A DNA stretch of 64,000 bases from an uncultured Gemmatimonadales bacterium. GTDB taxonomy: Bacteria; Gemmatimonadota; Gemmatimonadetes; Gemmatimonadales; GWC2-71-9. The translations under genes and the position numbers were made by a program. Numbering within the stretch: the first letter of the stretch is position 1; every line of letters starts with the position of its first letter. Below are positions 21,863 to 32,030 of the stretch, in pieces. The stretch covers positions 32,001 to 96,000 of the forward strand of contig CAWCVB010000003.1 in the NCBI GenBank assembly GCA_963798915.1, in the 5' to 3' direction. The notes below the pieces were generated by a model. It saw only the letters and a list, made by a program, of their open reading frames with translations. It was not told where the DNA came from and did no database searches.

Positions 21863-22003
21863 GGGTTCGGGAACAGGGAATAGGGATTGGGGAATAGGGG
21901 CGACGGAGCACGTAGCGCACAAGGGGACGAAACTCGTGACGAGTCCCGGCCCCCTTCTAGCGAACCCTGACCCCCACCCCCTGATCCCCAGCCCCTACAG
22001 CCT
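21861..22003. repeat. Inverted pair of heptamer arrays (AGGGAAT-like x6 / GACCCCT-like x6)
   Basis: aggggtt cgggaac agggaat agggatt ggggaat aggggcg ... gaaccct gaccccc accccct gatcccc agcccct acagcct. Confidence 0.8.
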
Positions 22004-23838
22004 CACTCCACCGTCACGCTCTTGGCCAGGTTCCTGGGCTGGTCCACGTTGCAGCCGCGTCGCACCGCCACAAAGTAGGCAAAGAGCTGCAGCGGGATGA
22101 TCGTCAGGATGGGCGAGAGCAGTTCGTGGGTTTCGGGAATCTCCAGGCAGGCTTCGGAAAGGCGCAGGGACTCGGCGTCGCACTGATTGACGACCGCGAT
22201 GACCTTGCCGCCGCGCGCCTTCACCTCTTCCATGTTCGACACGATCTTGCCGTAGACGGCGTCCCGCGGCGCGATGAAGACCACCGGCATCATCTCGTCA
22301 ATCAAGGCGATGGGCCCGTGCTTCATTTCCGCCGCGGGATAGCCCTCGGCGTGGATGTAGGAAATCTCCTTGAGCTTGAGGGCACCTTCCAGGGCGGCTG
22401 GGAAGTTGACACCACGCCCGAGAAAGAGCGCGTTGGGCGCGCGCACGTACCGCTCAGCCAACTTTTCGATTTCGTGGCGTTCCTTCTCCCGGTCCAGAAT
22501 GGCCTGGATCTGCTTCGGCAGCCGGCGCAGCTGCTGGATGAACTCGCGGCCCTGCAGGATGGACAGGTTGCGGAGCCTGGCAAACCGCAGCGCCACCAGC
22601 GCCAACGCGGCCACCTGGCTGGTGAAGGCCTTGGTGCTGGCCACACCCACTTCGGGGCCCGCGTGCAGATAGATGCCGCCGTCCACTTCGCGCGCGATGG
22701 TCGAGCCCACCACATTGACCAGCCCGATGGTACGGGCGCCGCGAAGCTTGGCCTCCCGGATGGCCGCCAGGGTGTCGGCGGTTTCGCCGCTCTGGGAAAT
22801 GCCGATCACCAGCGTCCGGCCGTCCACGACCGGGTTGCGGTAGCGAAACTCGGACGCGTACTCGACCTCCGTCGGGATCCGCGCCAGTTCCTCGAGCATG
22901 TACTCGCCGATCAGGGCCGAGTGCCAGGACGTGCCGCAGGCCGTGATGACAATCCGGTCAATGCCCTGGATGTCGTCATCCGAGAGATTGAGGCCGGTCA
23001 CGCGCGAGGTTCCTTCTTCCTCCAGCAGGTGCCCGCGAAGCGTATTCATGAGCGACTCGGGCTGCTCGAAGATTTCCTTCAGCATGAAATGCGCAAAGCC
23101 GCCGCGTTCGATCTTGGCGAGGTCCCATTCGATCTGATTGACTGGCTTCTCGATCTTGCGGGCATCCAGGTTGCGGATCCGATACCCGCCGCGGGTCAGC
23201 ACGGCCATCTCACCATCGTCCAGGTAGACCACCGAGCGGGTGTATTCCAGCAGCGGCGACGCGTCCGACGCAATGAAGTACTCGCCTTCGCCCACGCCCA
23301 CGAGCAGGGGCGAGCCCTTGCGCGCCGCGACCAGGACGTCCGGCTCCTGCTCGCAGATGAATGCCAGCCCGTAGGCCCCGTCTACCTCGCGCAGAGCGGT
23401 GGCGACCGCCTCTTCGAGGTTCCCGTCGTAGAACTCGCCCACCAGGTGGGCGAGGACTTCCGTGTCCGTTTCCGAGGAGAAGCTGTGCCCCCGCGTCTCC
23501 AGCATGGTGCGGATGGCCGAGGCATTCTCGATGATGCCGTTGTGAATGCAGGCGATCTGGCCATGCTGGTCGGTGTGCGGGTGGGCGTTGGGTGTGGTCG
23601 GGGCGCCGTGGGTGGCCCAGCGGGTGTGTCCGATGCCAAGAGTGCCTGCGGGCATCGCACCATTCAGCTGGGCCTCGAGCACCGAGAGCTTGCCCGAAGA
23701 CTTGTGCACCTCGAGGCCGTGCCCGTTGACAATCGCGATGCCGGCCGAGTCGTAGCCGCGATACTCCAGGCGCCGCAGTCCTTCGATGATGAGCGGACCA
23801 GCCTCGCGGGGTCCGATGTAGCCGACGATACCGCACAT
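22003..23838 (-). CDS. glmS: Glutamine--fructose-6-phosphate transaminase
   Basis: MCGIVG, LEYRGYDSAG, GHTRWATHG, SQSGETADT, DQPRNLAKSVTVE. Confidence 0.98.
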   Translation of the reverse strand: MCGIVGYIGPREAGPLIIEGLRRLEYRGYDSAGIAIVNGHGLEVHKSSGKLSVLEAQLNGAMPAGTLGIGHTRWATHGAPTTPNAHPHTDQHGQIACIHNGIIENASAIRTMLETRGHSFSSETDTEVLAHLVGEFYDGNLEEAVATALREVDGAYGLAFICEQEPDVLVAARKGSPLLVGVGEGEYFIASDASPLLEYTRSVVYLDDGEMAVLTRGGYRIRNLDARKIEKPVNQIEWDLAKIERGGFAHFMLKEIFEQPESLMNTLRGHLLEEEGTSRVTGLNLSDDDIQGIDRIVITACGTSWHSALIGEYMLEELARIPTEVEYASEFRYRNPVVDGRTLVIGISQSGETADTLAAIREAKLRGARTIGLVNVVGSTIAREVDGGIYLHAGPEVGVASTKAFTSQVAALALVALRFARLRNLSILQGREFIQQLRRLPKQIQAILDREKERHEIEKLAERYVRAPNALFLGRGVNFPAALEGALKLKEISYIHAEGYPAAEMKHGPIALIDEMMPVVFIAPRDAVYGKIVSNMEEVKARGGKVIAVVNQCDAESLRLSEACLEIPETHELLSPILTIIPLQLFAYFVAVRRGCNVDQPRNLAKSVTVE

Positions 23839-23852
23839 CGCTCAGGTGTTCC

Positions 23853-25212
23853 TCAGGTCAGCAGGGTTCGCGCCGTGTCGATCAGTGCCTCGGCGTCGGT
23901 CGCGGTCGGTGCCTCGGCGATCAGCCGGACGATCGGTTCGGTGCCGGAAGGGCGGACATGGAGCCATCGGTCGGCCCACGACAGCCGAAGACCGTCACGC
24001 TCATCCGCCTCTGCCTTCGGCCACCTCGCCCGGAGCGAGTCATACAACCGCCGAAGGTCTGACCCGCGCGGCGCCTTTGCCTTGACTATGGCATATCGCG
24101 GTGCGGCATCGATCAGGGCGGAGAGGCTCGTACCCGATTGGGCTAAGTAGTGCAAAATCAAGGCCATACCGAGCGGCGCGTCACGGCCGATGTGGAGGGC
24201 CGGCAGCATGACACCGCCGTTGCCCTCACCGCCGATCACGGCGCCCTCATCCCTGATGGCGCGCGCCACGTTGGCCTCGCCCACCGGCGCCCGGACCACG
24301 CGTGCGCCCATGGCCCTGGCCGCATCCTCAACAACCAGGCTGGTCGACAGGTTCACGACGACCGGACCTGACGAAGCTGTCGCGCCACCCAGCACCGATC
24401 GGACCGCCAGCGCCAGGGTGTAGTCTTCGCCGACCGGATTGCCAAGTTCATCCACCAGGGCGAGGCGATCCACGTCGGGGTCGACCGCCATGCCAATATC
24501 CGCATGCTGCTCACGGACGCTGCGAGCCAGATCACCGAGATTGGCCGGCACCGGCTCCGGCGCCCGGGGAAAGCGGCCGTCAGGCTCCAGGTTGATGCCA
24601 AAGACCTCGCATCCAAGTTCCCGAAGGAAGGAGGGAATGCAGGCGCCGCCGGCTCCCCGCACGGTGTCGAGCGCCACGCGAAAGCGTCGCGCCCGAATGG
24701 CATCTACATCCACCAGCGGCAGCGCCAGGATGGCCTGGAAGTGCCGCGAGACGGCATCCGGATCAAGCTCGATGCTGCCGATGCCATCCCAGCCCCGGCG
24801 AGGCGGACCTTGCTCGGCGAGCGTTCGGACTGCCTCGCCGGACTCCGCGTCGAGAAAGATCCCGTCCGGGCCGACAAACTTGAGCGCATTCCACTCGATG
24901 GGATTGTGACTGGCGGTGAGAATCAGGCCGGCACCGGCTCGGTGATGCTCGACCGCCATCTGCACGGTGGGCGTCGGCACCATCCCGACATCAACCACCG
25001 TGGCGCCTACGCTCATGAGACCGGCCGCAGCGGCATGGGTGAACATGGCGCCACTGGTGCGCGAATCACGCCCAAGCACCACGCGCGGCTTGCCCGCCGG
25101 CCACCGCCCAGGCGCCAAGCGCGGCGGCGTGGCGCGCCACCAGTTCGGGTGTCAGGTCGGACCCGACGTGTCCCCGCATCCCGGAGACGCTGATCATCAG
25201 TGTGTCAGACAT
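23853..25212 (-). CDS. glmM: Phosphoglucosamine mutase/phosphomannomutase, frameshifted near 25093-25095
   Basis: N-terminus MSDTLMISVSGMRG in ORF 25066..25371 continues as KPRVVLGRDSR, TASHNP, DPDVDR, GGEGNGG, RPSGTEP in ORF 23853..25118; span is 3n+1. Confidence 0.85.
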
Positions 25213-25231
25213 GGGGATGGCCGGGAAGGTG

Positions 25232-26284
25232 TCAGGCGCGAATGGGATGGCGCGTGAGTTCGGGATGGGCGCGCACGAAGGCCTCGACCACGGGCAGGTC
25301 GAACTGGGAGCCGGCGGCGTGACGGAGTTCCTCGATCGCGGCCACGGCGGTGCGTGAGGGACGATACGCACGATTGGTCGTCATCGCGTCGTAGGCATCG
25401 GCCACCGCAACGATGCGGGCCTCGAGCGGGATCTCGTCACCAACCAGCCCGTCGGGAAAACCGGTGCCATCCATCCGCTCGTGATGCGAGCGAACGATCC
25501 GGAGCACCCGGGGCTGAGCGGCGAGGAAGGGCTGCAGGATCCGCTCACCCAGCATCGCATGGAGCTTGACGTGCTCGAATTCGTCCGGCGTGAGTGGCCC
25601 GGGCTTGTGCAGCACCGTCTCCCGGATGCCGATCTTGCCGATGTCGTGCAGCCGGCTGCCGAGATCCACCTCGGCCAGCGCATCGTCAGTGAAGCCGAGC
25701 TGCACGGCGGTCTTGACGGCAAACTCCTTGACCCGAAGCGAATGACCGCTGGTATAGGCATCCTTGGCTTCGAGCGCGAACACCAGCATTTCAACACCGT
25801 TCAGGAGCGACTGGCGATTGCGCTGGTCGAGTTCCTTGACCCGCGATTCGAGCGTCTGCTGGTACATCCGGTTCTGCAGCACCAGCGACCGCTTCTCCAG
25901 CGCGTTGGTGACGCGCGCGCGCACCTCATCCAGCATGACCGGCTTCGAGATGTAGTCCAAGGCGCCAAGCTGGAGGCACTCGACCGCGGTGGCGACCTCG
26001 GACACGCCAGTCAGCATGATGACGGCCATGTCAGGATAGAGCACGCGGACGCGGCGGAGGAACGTCACGCCGTCGATGCCGGGCATGAAGATGTCGGTGA
26101 TGCAGAGTGGCAACTCCCCGGTGCCCTCCAGCAGCGCGAGCGCTTCGGCGCCGTTGGATGCCTGGGCGCAGGTCAGACCCTGGCTCTCCACCGCCTTCGC
26201 CATGGCGTGCCGCACCTGCTGATCATCGTCAACGATCAGGCAGCGGGGCGTGGCGGGAATTCCGGACGAATCGGCAGTGATCAC
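25232..26284 (-). CDS. Response regulator with HD-GYP-type phosphodiesterase domain
   Basis: LIVDDD..ITDIFMP..SKP; LHDIGK, HHERMDGTGFP, AVADAYDAM; start GTG 26284 or TTG 26293. Confidence 0.92.
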   Translation of the reverse strand: MITADSSGIPATPRCLIVDDDQQVRHAMAKAVESQGLTCAQASNGAEALALLEGTGELPLCITDIFMPGIDGVTFLRRVRVLYPDMAVIMLTGVSEVATAVECLQLGALDYISKPVMLDEVRARVTNALEKRSLVLQNRMYQQTLESRVKELDQRNRQSLLNGVEMLVFALEAKDAYTSGHSLRVKEFAVKTAVQLGFTDDALAEVDLGSRLHDIGKIGIRETVLHKPGPLTPDEFEHVKLHAMLGERILQPFLAAQPRVLRIVRSHHERMDGTGFPDGLVGDEIPLEARIVAVADAYDAMTTNRAYRPSRTAVAAIEELRHAAGSQFDLPVVEAFVRAHPELTRHPIRA

Positions 26285-26386
26285 AGATGCCAAGGTAGGC
26301 AGTCACCGCCCCGGCAGCAACGGCGCTTGCCCTATGCAGTTGCCGGGCTTACGCTTGACCAACCTTTGTCCCTCATGCACGGCGCC

Positions 26387-27553
26387 ATGACACATATTGA
26401 ATCGACCGACACCGGTTTTGCCTTCGCCACCAGGGCCGTGCACGCCGGCCAGGCGCCCGATCCAACGACCGGCGCCGTGATGACGCCGATTTACCAGACC
26501 TCGACGTACGTGCAGGCCGGCTTGGGCAGGCACAAGGGGTACGAATACGCGCGCACCCAGAATCCCACCCGCGAGGCGTGGGAGCGGTGCGTTGCCAGTC
26601 TCGAGGGCGCCGCCCATGGCTTTGCCTTCGCCTCGGGGCTCGCGTCACTCGATGCGGTCCTGAAACTGCTCTCCAAGGGCGATCACGTCATTTCCGGCGA
26701 GAACATCTACGGCGGTTCCCACCGGCTCATGCAGCAGGTCTACACCCGCCTGGGCCTCGAATTCACCTTCGTGGACATGCGTGACATTGCCAATGTCGAG
26801 CAGGCGCTCAGACCCGCCACCAGGGTGATCTACTGCGAGACCCCCACCAATCCCATGATGAACCTCGCCGATCTGTCGGCGGTGGGCGACCTGGCCAAGG
26901 CGCATGGGCTGGTGTACGTCGTGGACAATACGTTTGCCACGCCGTTCTTCCAGCAGCCGCTTGCCCACGGCGCCGACATCGTGCTGCATTCCACCACCAA
27001 GTACCTGAATGGCCATAGCGACATGGTGGGTGGCATGCTCGTCACGTCACGCGATGACCTGGCGGAGCGGATCGGCTTCCTGCAGAACTCGGCCGGGGCC
27101 GTGCCGGGGCCGATGGACTGCTGGCTGGCGCTCCGCGGCGTCAAGACGCTGCCGCTGCGAATGCGGCGCCACGACGAGAACGGCCGCACCATCGCCGACT
27201 GGCTCTCGCAGCAGTCCAGCGTGCGCAAGCTCTACTATCCCGGCCTTCCCTCGCACCCGCAGCACGAACTGGCCCGGCGCCAGATGAGCGGTTTCGGCGG
27301 GATGCTGTCGCTGGACCTTGGCGATGCCGCCAGGGCGCGCCGCTTTGTCGAGGCAACGAAGATCTTCGCGCTGGCCGAATCGCTGGGCGGCGTGGAGAGT
27401 CTGATCGGGCATCCTGCCTCCATGACGCATGCGTCGGTGCCGCGCCCCATGCGCGAAGCCATGGGGCTGACGGACAGCCTGATCCGCTTGTCCTGCGGGA
27501 TCGAGGATCCGGCCGACCTGATCCAGGATCTGGAGCGTGCTCTTGCCGCGTAG
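26387..27553 (+). CDS. Cystathionine gamma-synthase/gamma-lyase (Cys/Met PLP enzyme)
   Basis: PIYQTSTY, YARTQNPTR, ETPTNP, VDNTFATP, HSTTKYLNGHSD, AESLGGVESL. Confidence 0.93.
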   Translation: MTHIESTDTGFAFATRAVHAGQAPDPTTGAVMTPIYQTSTYVQAGLGRHKGYEYARTQNPTREAWERCVASLEGAAHGFAFASGLASLDAVLKLLSKGDHVISGENIYGGSHRLMQQVYTRLGLEFTFVDMRDIANVEQALRPATRVIYCETPTNPMMNLADLSAVGDLAKAHGLVYVVDNTFATPFFQQPLAHGADIVLHSTTKYLNGHSDMVGGMLVTSRDDLAERIGFLQNSAGAVPGPMDCWLALRGVKTLPLRMRRHDENGRTIADWLSQQSSVRKLYYPGLPSHPQHELARRQMSGFGGMLSLDLGDAARARRFVEATKIFALAESLGGVESLIGHPASMTHASVPRPMREAMGLTDSLIRLSCGIEDPADLIQDLERALAA

Positions 27554-27565
27554 CTAGATGCAGAG

Positions 27566-27593
27566 TGAAACAATTCTGGGCCAGTGGTCGTCA
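27566..27593 (+). promoter_or_regulatory. Putative ECF (SigW-like) promoter TGAAAC-N17-CGTCA
   Basis: Intergenic, about 70 nt upstream of the M48 peptidase start. Confidence 0.5.
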
Positions 27594-27646
27594 GTCATCG
27601 GTCGTCACTGGCGCGCCCGACGACTGATGACCGACGACTGACGACC
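27584..27646. repeat. Inverted heptamer arrays (GTCGTCA-like / GACGACT-like) forming a hairpin
   Basis: gtggtcg tcagtca tcggtcg tca ... gacgact gatgacc gacgact gacgacc. Confidence 0.85.
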
Positions 27647-27662
27647 CTCCGAAGGAGCCACC

Positions 27663-28677
27663 ATGACCTCCATCCCCGCCGCCCGTTCCCGGCGTACCTT
27701 TCCCGAAATTGCCGCCGTCAGCTGGGAGCACGCCGCCGATCGAGCCGCCCTGCAGGCACTGCGGGCCGTGCCTGGCGTCGACGAAGTGATCCGCAAGGTG
27801 CTGGCGATCCTCGGTGGCGAACGCGGCATTCGGCTCCTGTTTCAGGGCAACGCCGTCCGGGTGGGCGCCGACCAGTTTCCCCAGCTCTGGATGCGGCACG
27901 TCGAGATGTGTACCACCTTCGACTGGCCCAAGGTTCCCGAGCTGTACGTCTCCCAGACGCCATTCTTCAACGCCGGCGCATACGGTGTGGACGATCCATT
28001 CATCGTCCTTCATACTGCGGCGCTCGAGATCCTCGACGAGGATGAAATCCGGACACTGCTGGCGCACGAGCTCGGCCATGTGATGAGTGGGCATGCGCTT
28101 TATACCACCATCGCCGCCATCCTGGCGCTGGTCAGCCTGGGAGCGCTGCCGGTCATCGCGGCAATTGCGGTGCTTCCCGGTGCGGTTGGCTTTTCTCGAA
28201 TGGTCCCGCAAGTCGGAACTCTCCGCCGACCGCGCGGGCCTGCTGGGCATCCAGGATGTGACGATCGCGCAACGACTCGACATGAAGATGGCGGCTGGCG
28301 GACGAGGCGAAGAGTTCGTCGCTCAGCTCAACGTGAATGCCTTCATGGCGCAGGCCAACGAGTATGCCTACACCCATGAGGGACTGGATGTGGTCTACAA
28401 GCTGCTCAACACCCTGGCCCTGACCCACCCGATGCATACGGTGCGTGCCGCAGAGTTGCAGCGCTGGGTGGCCGCGGGGGAGTACGACCGTATCATGCGC
28501 GGGGAGTACACCCGCCGGGGCGATGAGGCCCGCCAGCGTCCGATCCGCGACGACATGGCCGCGGCCGGGAGCTATTACGGCAACGAGGCGCGCGAGCTGG
28601 CGCGCGACGTGGCGACGGCGGCCCGGCGGGTGGCCAGCGCCGCGGCGGATGCATTCAGGGGCAAGTCGGGTTCGTGA
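27663..28677 (+). CDS. M48 family zinc metallopeptidase, frameshifted near 28176-28178
   Basis: LAHELGH in ORF 27663..28379; WSRKSELSADRAG and THP in ORF 28087..28677; span is 3n+1. Confidence 0.85.
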
Positions 28678-29954
28678 GGGTTCTGGTTGTCGGCGGGGGT
28701 GGGCGAGAGCATGCCCTCTGCTGGGCGGTCCGCCGGGAGCTGCCCAATGCCTCCCTCTACTGCGCCCCGGGAAACCCCGGCACAGCCGAGGTGGCGGACA
28801 ACCTGTCAATCGCGGCGGACGACCTCGACCGGCTGTCCGATGCTGCCGACATGTACGGGATTGACCTCGTCATTATCGGGCCGGAAGCCCCACTCGCACT
28901 CGGGCTGGCGGACCGCCTGCGTGCGGAGGGGCGAGCGGTCTTTGGCCCGTCCGCGGCCGCAGCCCAACTCGAGGCCAGCAAGGCCTTCTCCAAGGATGTC
29001 ATGCGCGCTGCGGGTGTTCCCACTGCTGCGAGCGGAACGTTCACCGAGCTCGCCCCCGCCCTCTCATTCATCGACAGCCAGCAGGAGCCGTTGGTCGTCA
29101 AGGCTTCGGGCCTGGCGGCGGGCAAGGGCGCCGTGGTGTGCGACACGCGCGCGGAGGCGCGGGCGACTGCGCGGGCCATGCTCCAGGAAGGGCAATTTGG
29201 TGCCGCCGGACACGCCATCGTGGTGGAGGCGTTCCTGGAGGGTGAGGAGCTGTCGGTCTTTGCGCTCACCGACGGCCGGGACGCGTTCCTGCTGCCGGCA
29301 TCCCAGGATCACAAGCGGCTCGGCGCGGGCGATACCGGACCCAACACCGGCGGCATGGGCGCCTACGCGCCGGTCTCGCTGGCAACCGACGCGCTTCTCC
29401 AGGCCGCGACCGATCGCGTCATCGCGCCCACGCTCGAGGAAATGCGCCGGCGCGGCACTCCCTTTACCGGACTCCTGTATGCCGGACTCATGATCAGCAC
29501 GGGTGGCGAGCCGAGCGTCGTCGAATTCAATTGCCGATTTGGCGATCCGGAGACCGAAGCGGTGCTGCCGCTGCTTGGCGACGGATTGGTGGATGCGCTG
29601 GAGAGTATCGCCCTGGGCCATGGCGTCCGTCCGGTCAAGCTCAGCGAAGGCCTGTCGGCGGTGACCACCGTGCTCGCGGCTCAGGGCTATCCCGAGTCGC
29701 CCCGCAAGGGCGCCGCCATCCGAGTCCCGGCCGATCTTCCCGAGGGTGTCATGGTCTTCCATGCGGGCACCGCGCTGGACCAGCACGGCAGCCTCCGGGC
29801 AAATGGCGGCCGCGTCCTGGCCGTCACGGGCGTGGCCTCGAGCTTCAACCATGCCCGCCAGTTGAGCCGGGAAGCAGCCGAAGCGATCGAGTTCGACGGG
29901 AAGGTCTTCCGCGATGATATCGGCTGGCGGGAGAGCGCGCGTCTCGCAGTCTGA
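28674..29954 (+). CDS. purD: Phosphoribosylamine--glycine ligase
   Basis: VGGGGREHAL, GPEAPL, LAAGKG, QDHKR, GPNTGGMGAY, EFNCRFGDPE. Confidence 0.97.
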   Translation: MRVLVVGGGGREHALCWAVRRELPNASLYCAPGNPGTAEVADNLSIAADDLDRLSDAADMYGIDLVIIGPEAPLALGLADRLRAEGRAVFGPSAAAAQLEASKAFSKDVMRAAGVPTAASGTFTELAPALSFIDSQQEPLVVKASGLAAGKGAVVCDTRAEARATARAMLQEGQFGAAGHAIVVEAFLEGEELSVFALTDGRDAFLLPASQDHKRLGAGDTGPNTGGMGAYAPVSLATDALLQAATDRVIAPTLEEMRRRGTPFTGLLYAGLMISTGGEPSVVEFNCRFGDPETEAVLPLLGDGLVDALESIALGHGVRPVKLSEGLSAVTTVLAAQGYPESPRKGAAIRVPADLPEGVMVFHAGTALDQHGSLRANGGRVLAVTGVASSFNHARQLSREAAEAIEFDGKVFRDDIGWRESARLAV

Positions 29955-30005
29955 TCACCGCGCAAGACTCCCGTGAGGGAGTCCGTGCGAATATTTTCCG
30001 GATGA

Positions 30006-30830
30006 ATGCCGGAGCTTCCTGAAGTCGAAACTATCGTGCGCGATCTGCGGCCGTCGCTGGTAGGCCGGACCATCCTGCGCGCTCAGCTTTCTCATGACGA
30101 CGTCCTTCGCGGTGTCTCGCGCCGCACGCTGCTGACACGCCTGGCAGGTGCCACCGTCCAGGCGGTGGACCGCCGGGCCAAGCACGCGGTGGTGCAGCTG
30201 GACAGCCGCCGACTCGTCGTGCAACCGGGCATGACTGGCTCACTCACCGTGCAGCAACCGCCGCTACCCGAGGCCGAGCGCCGCTACGCGGTGCTCCAGG
30301 CGTCGCTCGATGACGGCCACACCCTGGTCTATCACGATGTCCGCCGTCTGGGTACGCTGCTCCTGCTCGACGAGGCCGGGTGGCAGCGCTACGACCGGGC
30401 GCTGGGGCCAGAGCCCCTCGACCCGGGTCTCTCCGACGAGGAGTTTGCCCGCCGGCTGGGCCGCTCGCGCCAGGCGGTGAAGAAGCTCATCATGGACCAG
30501 CGGGTGATGGTCGGAGTGGGAAACATCTATGCCAACGAGGCCCTCTTTGCGAGCGGGGTCGATCCGTCGCGGGCCGGCAATCGCGTTGCCACCGCCGAAG
30601 CGGCCCTTCTTCTCAGGGAAATCCGGCGCATTCTTCGCGCCGCCATCGACTCGCGCGGAAGCACGGTTCGGGACTATCGCACCGGCGCCGGCGATGCTGG
30701 CGGTTTCCAGTTTTCACTGCTGGTCTATGGCCGCGGCGGAGAACCGTGCGTGCGCTGCGGCACCAGGCTTACCGAGACTCACTTGATCGACGGCCGCACC
30801 ACCGTCCTGTGCCACAAATGCCAGTCCTGA
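30006..30830 (+). CDS. mutM: Formamidopyrimidine-DNA glycosylase
   Basis: MPELPEVE, GMTG, GVGNIYANE, C-terminal CVRC..CHKCQ zinc finger. Confidence 0.96.
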   Translation: MPELPEVETIVRDLRPSLVGRTILRAQLSHDDVLRGVSRRTLLTRLAGATVQAVDRRAKHAVVQLDSRRLVVQPGMTGSLTVQQPPLPEAERRYAVLQASLDDGHTLVYHDVRRLGTLLLLDEAGWQRYDRALGPEPLDPGLSDEEFARRLGRSRQAVKKLIMDQRVMVGVGNIYANEALFASGVDPSRAGNRVATAEAALLLREIRRILRAAIDSRGSTVRDYRTGAGDAGGFQFSLLVYGRGGEPCVRCGTRLTETHLIDGRTTVLCHKCQS

Positions 30831-30850
30831 AACGCAGCCGGCGCGCCCGG

Positions 30851-31927
30851 ATGCTGCCCCTCCCGGCGACCGACCTCGGCCAGTTGCGTACGCGCGTGCG
30901 TGCCTTGGCGGAGAACCGGCCCGGGGTCTACCAGATGGTGGATGGCGGTGGAAAGGTGCTGTACGTCGGAAAAGCCAAGCGGGTACGCACCCGGCTCCTT
31001 TCCTATTTCCGGGCGAGTTATCCGGAGGACAAGGCCGCGCGCATTCTCTACGCCACCCACGACATCACGTGGCGTTACGTGCCCAGCGAGTTTGCGGCAT
31101 TGCTCACGGAACTCCGGCAGATTCGGCGGCACCGTCCCCACTTCAACTACCAGCTGAACCAGTCCCGCCGACCGGTACTGATCGCGCTGTCCGGAGGCCA
31201 CGCACCGAAGATGCGGGCATGCCGGACGCTGGCGGCACATGACCGGAAGGCCTACGGCCCGTTTCAATCGCTGGCGCGGGCCGCCGAAGCGGTACGCACC
31301 CTGAACGACCTGCTGGGCCTTCGCGATTGCGCCGAGGCGATGCCGATCGTGTATGCGGGCCAGGGCGACCTGTTCGGCGCCGACCGTCGCGCCGCCTGCG
31401 TGCGGCACGAGTTCGGTTTCTGCTCCGGTCCGTGTGCCGGGTTTGTCGCGGAGTGGGAATACCGTCAACGGGTCGAGACCGCCACGGCCTTCCTGGAGGG
31501 GCGGACCATCCAGCCGATGGATCGGGTCATCGACATGATGTCGGCGGCGGCCGGATCCACGGACTTTGAGCTGGCGGCGCGCTGGCGTGAGAAGTTCGAG
31601 CAGCTCGAGTGGCTGCTGGCGTCCACCAGCCGGGCCCGGTCAGCGGTCGACCTGCTCAGTTTCGTGTACCGCGACCCGGGTCTGCTCGGCGATGACCAGG
31701 CGTTCATCATCCGCGGCGGGCTGGTGCGTTCGAGCTGGCCCTGGCCCTCCACTCCCATCGAGGAAGCCGCCTTCCGCGCGGAAGTACAGGCCGAGCTGGC
31801 CAAGCCGCTTCCGCCACCGTTTCCTCTGCCGCTCGATGGGCTGGATGAGGTCCTGCTGCTCATGAAGTGGTTCCGGGCCCACTCCGACGCGCTTCGGCGC
31901 ACGACGGCGCTGGAGTCGTGGATGTAG
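30851..31927 (+). CDS. Short UvrC/Cho-like GIY-YIG endonuclease with UVR domain
   Basis: PGVYQM..LYVGKAKRVRTRLLSYF, P.FN, Cys cluster RDC..C..CSGPC, DFELAARWRE; start at 30818 or 30851. Confidence 0.85.
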   Translation: MLPLPATDLGQLRTRVRALAENRPGVYQMVDGGGKVLYVGKAKRVRTRLLSYFRASYPEDKAARILYATHDITWRYVPSEFAALLTELRQIRRHRPHFNYQLNQSRRPVLIALSGGHAPKMRACRTLAAHDRKAYGPFQSLARAAEAVRTLNDLLGLRDCAEAMPIVYAGQGDLFGADRRAACVRHEFGFCSGPCAGFVAEWEYRQRVETATAFLEGRTIQPMDRVIDMMSAAAGSTDFELAARWREKFEQLEWLLASTSRARSAVDLLSFVYRDPGLLGDDQAFIIRGGLVRSSWPWPSTPIEEAAFRAEVQAELAKPLPPPFPLPLDGLDEVLLLMKWFRAHSDALRRTTALESWM

Positions 31928-31975
31928 GCGCGCGCTGCCATTGCGAGCCTTGGTTTCTGCGATCAGGTTCCCATC

Positions 31976-32002
31976 TGAAACAATGCATCGGCCCGAGCGT
32001 AA
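31976..32002 (+). promoter_or_regulatory. Putative ECF (SigW-like) promoter TGAAAC-N16-CGTAA
   Basis: Matches the SigW consensus; intergenic, 29 nt before ATG 32031. Confidence 0.6.
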
Positions 32003-32030
32003 GGTATCGCTCATCATCCTGGAGCGTCCG

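Noticed and set aside
21683..21922. Minus-strand 79-aa ORF
   Set aside because: Antisense to the BON remnant, and its N-terminus is a translation of the repeat.
23838..23853. glmS ribozyme
   Set aside because: Only 14 nt separate glmM and glmS.
29966..29983. GACTCCC-GTGA-GGGAGTC hairpin after purD as a terminator
   Set aside because: Short stem with no adjacent U-tract; function unsupported.
30828..30853. TGAAAC at the mutM stop as an ECF promoter
   Set aside because: No CGT at 16-17 nt spacing.
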